Position numbers and translations under genes: made by a program
The notes under the pieces: generated by a model
Seen by the model: the letters and a program-made list of their open reading frames with translations, nothing else
Databases searched by the model: none
Told to the model about the DNA's origin: nothing
Source of the DNA: an uncultured delta proteobacterium
GTDB taxonomy: Bacteria; Desulfobacterota; WTBG01; CAIYCZ01; CAIRTM01
DNA: 64,000 bases
Direction: 5' to 3'
Assembly (NCBI GenBank): GCA_963804955.1
Contig: CAWDSQ010000020.1
Span: forward strand, 224,001 to 288,000
Shown: piece after piece, positions 11,159 through 21,233 of the stretch
How the letters are laid out: every line of letters begins with the position of its first letter
Position numbering within the stretch: position 1 is the first letter of the stretch

Positions 11159-11837
11159 ATGATACCCAGGAAACTACTTGGCAGAGCACAGACCCCGGAT
11201 AAAGCCGGCGAGCTGCAGCTGTACCAGCGTGGCGATGACTTTTTTATCTCGTATAATGGAAAAGAACTTATGAACAGCCGCATGCACGGCTCTGAGGATG
11301 TGCTTGCAGAACTTGCCTGTAAGCCCATTGCCTGCATTCCCAAAGCCAGGGTGCTTATCGGGGGGCTCGGACTCGGATATACGCTTGCCGCTGCTCTGTC
11401 AATACTGCGGGAGGACGCTACGGTGATCGTTGCCGAACTGGTGCCGGCCGTGGTTCAGTGGAACCGCAGCTATTTTTGGACATCTGGCCGGCCATCCGCT
11501 GGAGGATTCCCGCGTTGATGTGCAGGAGCACGATGTGTGCATACTGCTCAAAAACGAACAGGGCGGCTTTAATGCTGTGATGCTTGATGTTGACAACAGC
11601 CCCGACAGCATGACGCAGAAAAGCAATGACTGGCTGTACAGCGATATCGGCCTGTCGGTTATCTACATGGCCTTGCGTACTCAAGGGATTTTGACCGTGT
11701 GGTCAGCTGCGCCCGACAGCTCTTTTAGCAACAGGCTCCGAAAGGCAGGATTCGATGTACAGAAAAAAACCGTCAGCGCGCGTGGAGGCGGCAAGGGAGG
11801 GCGACACACCATCTGGGTCGCACACCGGCCAAATTAG
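11159..11837 (+). CDS. Spermidine synthase-like SAM-dependent methyltransferase (frameshift ~11475)
   Basis: ELMNSRMHGSE, VLIGGLGLGYTL, LDVDNSPD, VWSA motifs. Confidence 0.8.
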
Positions 11838-11940
11838 ATCGCATAATGTAGAAATCCGGCTGGACCTTCGCATACAAAAAGTAATTACACTCAGTAAAGA
11901 TGTACCAGCATCACGTAAATTTGTATTTGAGATATCTGTT

Positions 11941-12801
11941 ATGAACATAGGAATAGCCCTGGGCGGCGGCGGTGTGCGCGCCCTTGCCCATATACCGGTG
12001 CTTGAAATGCTCGACGAAATGGGCATAAAACCCAAATTGATTGCCGGTACAAGCATGGGGGCAATTGTAGGCGCCCTCTATGCCTCAGGCATGCCCGGTA
12101 GGCAGATCAGGGAAAAAGTCCTGGGCCATGTCATCCTTCGCAATGACAGCTTGCGGGATGTAATCGGGAAAAAAGCAAACCTGCTGAAGTGGGCATCTGT
12201 TTTTAAGGCAAATTTTTCACGCGGCGGACTTATCAATGCGCAGGGTTTCATCGAGTATCTGTTCAGCGAAATAAAAGCGCGCAGGTTTGAAGATTTACAG
12301 GTTCCCCTGCTGGCTGTTGCAGGAGATTTCTGGACGGGAAAGGAAGTTGTTTTTAAAAAAGGCCCCCTGCTGCCTGCACTTCAGGCCAGCATGGCTGTTC
12401 CCGGCGTATTTTCACAAGTCGTGCTTGGGGGCCATGTGCTGGTCGACGGCGGAACCGTAAACATGGTGCCTTATGATCTGCTCCTGGGCAGTGTCGACTT
12501 AACCATAGCGGTGAATGTCAGCAAAGTTAGAATTCCGGAAAAGCACACAGTTCCCAATGCCCTTGAATCGGTTATGGGCACTTTCGAAATCATGCAGACA
12601 GCCGTGCTCAATGAAAAAATGAAGCGGCTCAAACCAGATATTTATATATGCCCCGAGCTGTACGATGTCAGGATGCTTGATTTCGGAAAAATTGAAAATG
12701 TCATGGAACAGGGCAAGCCTGCCGGGGAACTACTAAGACAAGAACTTATTAAAAAAAGCCTGAATCCTGCTTTCAGATGGCTCAAAAAGATATTCGATTA
12801 G
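11941..12801 (+). CDS. Patatin-like phospholipase
   Basis: ALGGGG, GTSMG and DGG motifs. Confidence 0.9.
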   Translation: MNIGIALGGGGVRALAHIPVLEMLDEMGIKPKLIAGTSMGAIVGALYASGMPGRQIREKVLGHVILRNDSLRDVIGKKANLLKWASVFKANFSRGGLINAQGFIEYLFSEIKARRFEDLQVPLLAVAGDFWTGKEVVFKKGPLLPALQASMAVPGVFSQVVLGGHVLVDGGTVNMVPYDLLLGSVDLTIAVNVSKVRIPEKHTVPNALESVMGTFEIMQTAVLNEKMKRLKPDIYICPELYDVRMLDFGKIENVMEQGKPAGELLRQELIKKSLNPAFRWLKKIFD

Positions 12802-12950
12802 CAGCGCTGCCGGGTAACTGTCGCCAGCACCTGTGCTTGAAAATGCTTTAAATAAAACACTCATAGTCCTGTGTGTCTTTGCCTCGTGCGCGGCGCACAC
12901 CGTTAAACCGAAAAAGAGTATTCAAAAACCAATACTGCTCTTTTGAGCCC

Positions 12951-14839
12951 CTAAATCGCAACCCCCGCAGCATCTTGGCCGGATGCATCGTTGTCGTCGG
13001 ATTGATCAGCGTCTTCGCCTCAATATGCGCCTTAAATTTACTGCGCTGTTTTTCAAAATACGACCTGTCGGTCGGCTGCAGCGAAAGGGCCTCTTCTATT
13101 GTTTCAAGGGCCTGCCGAAAATCACCATTAATAAAATAGCTCTCTGCAAGGGTATCAAGGATATGCGGTTTAGGATCAAGCTCTGCGGCCTTTCGGGCAA
13201 ACAGGAGAGCTTTTGAGGCGTTGCGCCAGTCGGGATTCTTTGAGGTTGCATACAGCCAGGCAAGATTATTGAGTGCTTCAGCATTATCGGGCGCAAGCTT
13301 GAGAGCAGTAAGATAGGCGCTTTCAGCGCGGCCAAAGTCATCTATTTCAAAATAAATATTTCCCAGCAGAAAATAAAGCTGCGGGTTATCCGGTTCGTGA
13401 CATAATGCGCCGCTCGGTTATTTTTTGCAGCACCGAAAGTTCCGAATCACCCATCAACGAACCGTTTGACAGGAATAGCGTACCGGCAGTCAGCAGAAGA
13501 ACTGCGCAATATGCTGCAATCAGTCGTTTTACCCGGAGATCATGCTTTTTAATAAGACTGCTGTCTGCAGTGCAGCGGCGCATGTAATCAATGCGCTCCT
13601 GTATGGTGAAATGGTGCCAGTTGGGGGCGCTGCGGCTTTGAGAACCGGCAAAAGCAATTTTTTCCAGCGATTGAATAATGCCATTACCTGATCCTGTGTA
13701 CATGCAGGAATAGCCATCGGCCTGCCGTTCAAAGTTACGCGAAAAAAGGCCGAAAAGCAGCCGGAAATAAACAAGTAGAAAAACCAAGAAGAATCAGTAT
13801 GCCGAGGAACGATACTGCCGGGCCGGTCCTGCCTTCAGCAGTTATGGCAAGGTTAAAAATAAAATCCTGAGACAGAAGGAAATAAAAAATGATCGAGAAA
13901 AAAATATAGGCGAAAAAAGAATACCCCAGAACAAACAGGAGATAAAAGAGCATATGATGCCGTTTCACATGACCGATTTCATGCGCAACCACGGCCTCCA
14001 GCTCCTGTTCATCAAGCAGGTCAAGCAGAGCCGGGCTTATAAGCAGATAGCGAAATCTTGGAACAAACCCCAGGACTCCGGCAGTTATGAGCTTGCCGTC
14101 AAACAGATTCCATTCCAGAATATCAGCATATGAAAAATGGGCCTTTTTGCAAAACTGAGTCAGCCGGCTGCGAACAAAACCATGGTCAATGGACTTGCAC
14201 CCCCACATCCGTGACAAGAAGCGGCGGAAAAAAAATACCCATGGCAATAAACAAACACACCATGAACACATACGCGCCAAGCGAGTCTCCCGGTGAACAT
14301 GGTGGCTACGGGGGGCGGCAGGAGTTTTAAAGAGTCAATAACCAGTGAAAATATGATCCATGGTGCAATAATCGCGCTGTTGAACCTACATGTGAAAGAA
14401 CATAGCCCCTCAGGGTCGACCCGGTGTTAAAAAAAAGCCTGTACGAAGGAAAAGCGCATATCCAGATAATGACGAGAAACACAAAAAACAGCATGACCGC
14501 AATAAAACTTTGAAGAAAATCGCTCTGCGACAAAATGGATACTGCGGTGAAAGCTGTCTTGATGTCCAGCACATAGATAAAAACAGCATAAGCAATAACT
14601 GCGATAATCGTGCAGCGGTTTATCAGACTGCCATGGAGGTTTGAAATCGTGGTATGCCTGCCTGCCGTATATGCTTTTTCCAGACGTGCAAAAAGCCACT
14701 TTGCGAGCATATAAAACAGAACATATGAAATCAGCACGCAGCCAAAAATATCTGACGGTGGAAGAACAGGCACTGCGCTGATTTCAGAGAATGAAAAAAG
14801 GGAAAAGACGACTATAAAGTAGAGGAAATTTGAAAACAC
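12951..14839 (-). CDS. M48 family membrane zinc metalloprotease with C-terminal TPR repeats (multiple frameshifts; ends approximate)
   Basis: AVVAHEIGH, ERQAD, NWHHFTIQERI; many TM helices; TPR segment with ALNNLAWLYAT and LDTLAESYF. Confidence 0.75.
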
Positions 14840-14911
14840 GCCCAGCGTCTCATTGCAGGCAGGGGGCGGCATGGAGCCGCCCCCGCTCATACATGGTTAA
14901 AAAGAATTTGT

Positions 14912-15139
14912 TTAAATGTATTTGCTGATAATTCGTTTCTGATCGGGCGGCAGCTTTTCATGACGCGCCTGCTCAAAAATCACATCGGCGATTTTAAGAA
15001 CCATGAAATAGTCCTCCTCCACTTTTTTCGTACGCTCTTCAAAAGTCAGATTCTTATACTCAGGAACCAGATGCGATGCATAAAAAGCTACCTGAAGGGC
15101 TGCTGCGATACTGGGAATCATTTTCTTTTTATCCGACAT
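14912..15139 (-). CDS. Small hypothetical protein
   Basis: 75-aa ORF with AAGGAAGG RBS; GC-rich hairpin just downstream (14862-14884). Confidence 0.6.
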   Translation of the reverse strand: MSDKKKMIPSIAAALQVAFYASHLVPEYKNLTFEERTKKVEEDYFMVLKIADVIFEQARHEKLPPDQKRIISKYI

Positions 15140-17009
15140 ACAAACCTTCCTTTCTATGGTTTAATGAACAGTGGCCTGCATCCGCCATGTCCGGCAGTAT
15201 GCATAACCGGTTTATGAGACCTCTTTTAAATAGTAGCTTATCAACATAGCGTTGCTCAATGGTTTTTTGCGCTGCAAGAGAAGAAAATGTCTCTTCAAAG
15301 CGGTCAAGCACGGACCTGGGTGAATGATTCCAGAGCCGGCGGCATGCTGCCATCATAAAACGATGCAAGCCAGGCAAGCGTATCGTTGCGCAATGAGTTC
15401 CTGAGACAGAAGCCGCCATCTGCACTTTTGTTCAAACGCGGCATCAATAAACCGCAGGTTTCAGCCTCTGAAAGCGCCTCAAGCCTTGTTTTACCGGTCA
15501 GGCATATAGCGGGCAAGCACGGTAAGAAACACGGCCTCGGCACGAAGCTGCACAGGCTCTAAAAGCGTTGTTGTAGCAATAAAACCGGTCATAATCCAGT
15601 CGGGATCAATAGCCCACTGAACAAACAGCAGATTGTCGACAGCGCGGCACATAAGGAGGCCTCGCGTGCAGCCTGCACGTCTTGAAGGGTCATAAAAGCA
15701 CGGTACTGGAGCTGTTTCTTATTGAGAAGCCCCTCATAGATCATGGGCCGCTGCATGGAAAGACCGTGCAGGGTTTCGCCCAAGGGGAGATCCCATAAAG
15801 GACTCCATAAGCAGCCTGTCGCTGATATGCCAGACATGTGCCAAGAAACTCTTTGCGCACTTTCATGATGATACTTATGCCGGCACGAAAAAGCGTTTCA
15901 GGATGCACCTGTTCAAGGTATGCCTGTGCCGTCATGGCATTGCCGGAGCTAAAAGATTCAAGGGCGATACTGATACAACCAGAAGCCTTCAACAGACGCC
16001 CGCTGCGTATCCTCTGAAGTCTGCACATCAAGAGCATCGGCGACTATAATTTTATTGGCTAGTGCTAATCACTGCCCGCTGTATCCGCTCACTGACATCG
16101 GATGTTATCAATGAGTCCCAGCGCTGTCACAAAAAACCGGGGCATATCATCACACGAGAAAACATACCGGGGCAAAACAGCTCCGGACTGGCTCTGCGCA
16201 GAGGTGTCATGTCGTATTGATTGTGCAATTTGCTGCAGCTCCCTGTCTGGCAGTATCTGATAAATTGAAAAAGCCTCATCAAATTCGGGAAAACCGTATT
16301 CGGCAAGGCGTCTGGTTTTCCAGGCATAGGCTGCATCCTCAACTTCGGGCGGACTGTCCCAGATGATTCCTTCGGCAAGGGAGTAGAACCTTCCACGGTC
16401 GTGCTGGTACAGGGCATTAAAAATGGGCATTATAGAACCGTATGCATCCTTCTCGAGAAATATAAAAAAATAGATGCCGTCAAGCGTCGCTGCAGGCATA
16501 TCAGGATATTCTTCGGAAATATCGGTATCCTGCTGAATTTTCTTAACTTTTAGAAGCTTTTTTAAGCGATGCGACCAGAAACTCCTCATCGGCCTTCTCG
16601 AACCAGTCGAGGACTTTCTGTTCATTGCATTTTGCAAGAATACCGTACCAGCGTGCAATCGAAGCTGCATTCAGGCTGTCTTTTCTCCAGCATTCCATAT
16701 CAAACAGAAACCGAAGCTGCTCATGGCTGGTCAGGGAGATCAGCTGCAGGGAGTCCTCGACGCCGCACTGCAGCACGGTCATGTGTATTTCCTGCGGCGG
16801 CAGAGCCTGTACAAGGCCGCGGGCATTTTCAGCCAGCATGATAATATCACGGCGCTTCTGCCAGGGCGCAGCAAGCACAAGATGAATTTGCTGCTCCTGG
16901 GCAAGCCGGTTGAATATGTTCTTCAGCCTGCAAGGGCGTCAAGCTGCAGCAGATGCAGCGGCGTTATACAGTCAGAGTCCTTTTGCAGACTAATCTTCTT
17001 TGTTGCCAT
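15129..17009 (-). CDS. DUF6178-like deltaproteobacterial protein (many frameshifts; 3' end approximate)
   Basis: LPPQEIHMTV..GVEDSLQLISLTSHEQLRFLFDMECW; TLDG.YF; RLAEYGFPEFDEAFSIY; LFRAG. Confidence 0.6.
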
Positions 17010-18006
17010 TTATGCATATCCTTCTTTTTTATACCAGTCGATGGTACGGGCTACAACATCGTGAAGCCTGGTCTGTGGTATGCCCAGTACGCGCACAGCT
17101 TTTGAAAAATCCACCCGGCGCTTAAGGGCCAGTATGCGGATATTGGCAGGTGTGGCAAGCGGCTCGCGATGAGTTATATAATCGGCTATGCAAGGTAAGT
17201 GTTCGGGCATAACCCAGAGTTAAAGACACGGGCATTTTTAAAAATGGCGCATGAACTCCGCCTATGCGTGCAATAAGCCTGAACAGATCCCCCATGGCAG
17301 TAAAATTGCCCTGGCACCCCAGATTGAAAGTTTCGCCGGGCTCAGCATGTTCCATGGCAAGAATATGGCCTGCCGCAACATCATCAACATCCACAATATC
17401 GATGCCGCCGTCAAAATAACACGGCACTCTGCCGTGAAGCATATCAAGGACAATCTTCCCCGATGGAGTCGGGTAGAAGTCTCCGGGACCCATTACCAGA
17501 GCCGGCCGGACAATGACCACAGGAAGCCCCTTGTTGAGATACTCTCGAACCACAAGCTCGGCCTCGTATTTTGACTGCTCATAGGGCAGCATTAAATGCT
17601 GGAGGTTAAAGGCGGTATTTTCATCTGCAGGGCTGCCGTCAGCGGTCATGCCAAGCGCTGCTATGGAGCTTGTATGGACAATTTTTTTCACACCGGCAGC
17701 ACGTGCTGCTTCAAGCACATTGCGCGTGCCTTCAACATTAATCTGCCGCAGCATATCATAGTCGCGCATCCAGCTCCGGTACAGGCCGGCAACATGATAT
17801 ACCTGAGAGCAGCCATCCATGGCCCGATTGAGATCATCGCGGCTTCTGATATCTGCCTGCACATGCTCAAGGGGCAGTCCACTGATGTTTTTATGGACGC
17901 TTTCTGAGCGCACTGTTATGCGTATATTTCTGCCCTGCAGCAGCAGCTGCCTGACCAGTGCTGCACCTACAAAACCGGTAGCACCTGTTATCAGTATCTT
18001 TTCCAT
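17010..18006 (-). CDS. NAD-dependent epimerase/dehydratase, HpnA/dihydroflavonol reductase-like (frameshift ~17215)
   Basis: TGATGFVG, HTSS, YEQSK, PTPSG, VDVDDVAAGH. Confidence 0.85.
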
Positions 18007-18376
18007 AGCTGTTAATTAAGATATATATTGATTTTACCCTCAGCGTACATTAAAACCATAGTAGGTGTTTTAAAATACTGAAGGAGAACAATAAGCTTGT
18101 AAAATAATATAAAATAATTTATTATTTTTTTCTTTTTATATTAATTATGTATACCAAAAACAGGCAAAACTCAAGAGGTTTTTCTCTGGAGCAAGGTTGG
18201 GCTGTACAGCCGATAGAGCACCATCCTTGCCAGTTCTCTTTTAAACAGCAAGGTTATGTATGGCGGAATCCGGAGCGGCGTTGGGCTTTTTAAAACATAC
18301 AGAGGCTGCTGTGATATGCAGAAAGCACTTTACATCCATAACTGGCAATAAAAACAACAGTTCTGCTGACTAAACC

Positions 18377-18613
18377 ATGAAAATAACCCTAAAACTTTTC
18401 GCGACACTTCGCGATCATATGAAAAATCACCTCAACGGCGCCTGTGAAGTTGCCCTTCAGGAAACTGCAACGGTGCAGGATGTCCTTGCATCATTCCGGA
18501 TACCGGAGGACATCCCCAAAATCATTCTCATAAACGGCATCCAAAAATCCGCTTGCGACGAGCTGCATGACGGCGATACGCTGAGCGTCTTCCCCCCCAT
18601 TGCAGGCGGCTGA
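18377..18613 (+). CDS. MoaD/ThiS family sulfur carrier protein
   Basis: 78 aa; KLFATLR start; C-terminal FPPIAGG. Confidence 0.9.
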   Translation: MKITLKLFATLRDHMKNHLNGACEVALQETATVQDVLASFRIPEDIPKIILINGIQKSACDELHDGDTLSVFPPIAGG

Positions 18614-18614
18614 A

Positions 18615-19010
18615 ATGTCCAATCAAAAAAACAAACTGCCCGCAGCGTTATCAGCCGGCAAAGGCAGACACCGTGTGCATGCTGCAGTACAAATCCTTGG
18701 AAATGATATCCTGCTGTCGATCTGGGGCGGAATCATGCCCCATATCGGGTCTGTGTCCATAACACAGCCCCGGCCGGGAATTACGAACCCCGAACACCGC
18801 AGCTCAACATCATCCGTCTACAATTTTACCGGGCATAAGGACGAAGCCGTTGCGCGCTGCTGTGCGGAAAAAATAGCAGCGGCATGCGACAAAAAAACAA
18901 TTGCCGTTGCGGGTATCCATATTGACAATGCCTCAACTGCCGACATTGCAGCTATAATGAAAAATGTCGACAAACTGTGTGCGCTCGTAATAAAAATGAT
19001 TGGGACATGA
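18615..19010 (+). CDS. LpdD-like small protein (putative prenylated-FMN chaperone family)
   Basis: GG..PHIGSV, GHKD and AGIHIDNA motifs; adjacent to ubiX. Confidence 0.6.
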   Translation: MSNQKNKLPAALSAGKGRHRVHAAVQILGNDILLSIWGGIMPHIGSVSITQPRPGITNPEHRSSTSSVYNFTGHKDEAVARCCAEKIAAACDKKTIAVAGIHIDNASTADIAAIMKNVDKLCALVIKMIGT

Positions 19011-19012
19011 CT

Positions 19013-19588
19013 ATGAACAAAAAGATTATCGTGGGGATTTCAGGAGCCAGCGGCGCCATCTACGGACTTCGGCTGCTTGAGGCACTGAAACATACAGGCT
19101 CAATCGAAATATTTCTGACAATCAGCCAGACAGGCAAAGCACTCCTGCGGGATGAAATTGCAGCCGGTGCTCTTGATCAGGCGATTGCCCTTGCAGACCA
19201 CTACTATGAAGTTCACGAGCTTGCGGCTCCCATAGCCAGCGGATCATTTTTTACCGATGGTATGATCATCGCCCCGTGCAGCGCAAAAACGCTTGCTGCC
19301 ATCGCCCAAGGCTTTGGCGATACACTCCTCAACCGTGCTGCCGACGTCGTACTAAAGGAGCGGCGCAGGCTGGTTCTGCTGTTTCGCGAAACGCCGCTGC
19401 ATTTGACACATATAGACAATATGGCTCAGGTTACCAGAATGGGAGGGATACTACTGCCGCCGGTTCCTGCCTTTTACCACAGGCCTGCATCAATTGATGA
19501 CATTGTCAACCAATCGATCGGCAAAGCGCTGGATCTTTTCAGCATCGACCATAAGCTCTACAAACGTTGGGGCAGCAGCACTGTGTAA
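19013..19588 (+). CDS. ubiX: Flavin prenyltransferase UbiX
   Basis: GISGASGAIYG, APIASGSF, APCS, RAADVVLKERR, RETPL, PAFY. Confidence 0.93.
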   Translation: MNKKIIVGISGASGAIYGLRLLEALKHTGSIEIFLTISQTGKALLRDEIAAGALDQAIALADHYYEVHELAAPIASGSFFTDGMIIAPCSAKTLAAIAQGFGDTLLNRAADVVLKERRRLVLLFRETPLHLTHIDNMAQVTRMGGILLPPVPAFYHRPASIDDIVNQSIGKALDLFSIDHKLYKRWGSSTV

Positions 19589-19627
19589 CCTTCCGCTACA
19601 CAGGATCCCAATGCACCCAATGCCCGG

Positions 19628-20983
19628 TCAGGCAGCGTTTTTTCCGAGAGATTTTCTAAATGTCTCCCAGTTTTTTAAAATCGAGAGGGCAGTATCCATG
19701 GGCTTATCGATTTTATCTTTATTATCTTTCTTTTCCGGCTGAATAGCTGTGGCTGCCCCCTTCCCTGCTTCCTCCAGCACCTGATCTTTCTGCTGAGTCA
19801 GGCTCTCGTCAGTTTCGCCGTCTTTAAACTGACTCACCAGATCTTTTTCCCGAAACGTTTTGCTGTGCTTGTCAGCAGGGGAAAAAATATCAAGAGTATC
19901 TTCTACCGTTACGTCCGGAGTAATACCCTTTTCCTGTATAGAGCGATGGCTGGGGGTGAAATATTTTGACGTCGTGATGCGCAGGCCGGAACCATCGCTG
20001 AGAGGATAAATAGTCTGAACAGTTCCCTTGCCGAAAGTCTGTGTGCCGACAAGTATGGCTTTATTATGGTCCTGAAGTGCGCCGGCGACAATTTCAGAGG
20101 CGCTGGCGCTTCCGCTGTTGACAAGGACGACGACAGGACAGGTGATGGCGGACATATCTTTTTTGGCAGCAAACTGCATCCGCTGACTCTCAGTTCGCCC
20201 TTCGGTATATACGATAAGCCCTTCTTCAATGAACTCATCGGCAATCTTGACAGCCTGATCAAGCAGCCCGCCGGGATTGCCGCGCATATCAAGAACTAGT
20301 CCCTTTAAAGAAGGCTCCTGTGCCCTGATGTTTTTCAGGGCTTTCCTGAACTCTTCTGCCGTGGTTTCCTGAAACTGTGAAATGCGAATGCAGAAGTACC
20401 GGTCGTCAAGCTTTTTGAACTTCACGCATTTAATTTTGATGATGTCGCGCTTCAGCGTAAATACCTGTGGATCCTTGAAACCATCGCGCATGATTGAAAC
20501 ATGCAGCATGCTGCCCGGCTTGCCGCGCATTTTTTTTACTGCATCCAGCAGGGTCATATTTTTCGTAGATTCATTTTCAATTTTAACAATTTTGTCACCG
20601 GTTTTAATGCCGGCATTGAATGCGGGGCTGTCCTCAATTGGGGCGACAACGGTCAATACATCGTCCTTGACCGTAATTTCAATGCCTACGCCACCAAAAC
20701 TGCCTTTTGTTTCGACCTGCATTTCCTTGTAGACATCAGGGGGCATATACGAGGAATGCGGATCAAGACGCGAAACCATGCCCTGCAGGGCATCCTGAAT
20801 GAGTTTTTTTGGATCAATCTCATCGACAAAATTAGTCTGCACAAGGGTAAGCACATCGGAAAATGTTTTCAGCGAGTCGTAGACATCCTCCGTACGCCCG
20901 GCACCGTGCAGCGATCCTGTGTCGAAGCACAACCATAGTGCAGCTGCCGCAGCGAATAAACCCAGTACCGTATTTCTATTCAT
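19628..20983 (-). CDS. ctpA: S41A carboxyl-terminal processing protease
   Basis: LDPHS, PDZ GGVGI, DMRGNPGG, SASASEI, FGKG.VQ. Confidence 0.92.
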   Translation of the reverse strand: MNRNTVLGLFAAAAALWLCFDTGSLHGAGRTEDVYDSLKTFSDVLTLVQTNFVDEIDPKKLIQDALQGMVSRLDPHSSYMPPDVYKEMQVETKGSFGGVGIEITVKDDVLTVVAPIEDSPAFNAGIKTGDKIVKIENESTKNMTLLDAVKKMRGKPGSMLHVSIMRDGFKDPQVFTLKRDIIKIKCVKFKKLDDRYFCIRISQFQETTAEEFRKALKNIRAQEPSLKGLVLDMRGNPGGLLDQAVKIADEFIEEGLIVYTEGRTESQRMQFAAKKDMSAITCPVVVLVNSGSASASEIVAGALQDHNKAILVGTQTFGKGTVQTIYPLSDGSGLRITTSKYFTPSHRSIQEKGITPDVTVEDTLDIFSPADKHSKTFREKDLVSQFKDGETDESLTQQKDQVLEEAGKGAATAIQPEKKDNKDKIDKPMDTALSILKNWETFRKSLGKNAA

Positions 20984-21179
20984 GACACATCTCCAGGTAA
21001 TACTAGAAATAATAACCTTAATTCAGCAAAATGAATCCTGCAGAATGATCTGCTGTTGTATTAAAAAAGTTGCTGCGCACTAAAGCAACAATAGCAAAAC
21101 TAAAAATATAAAGGCTATAAAAAGAGCAAACATATTAATTTTTCTTGTAACACATCAGCCTTTAATGAGGCAAGGCAAT

Positions 21180-21212
21180 AAAAAAAGGAGCGCGAAAAAC
21201 GCGCCCCTTTTT
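21180..21212 (-). terminator. Intrinsic terminator after hppA
   Basis: AAAAAAGGAGCGCG-AAAAA-CGCGCCCCTTTTT hairpin flanked by A and T runs. Confidence 0.65.
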
Positions 21213-21233
21213 ATAAATTATGGCCCTGTCGTT

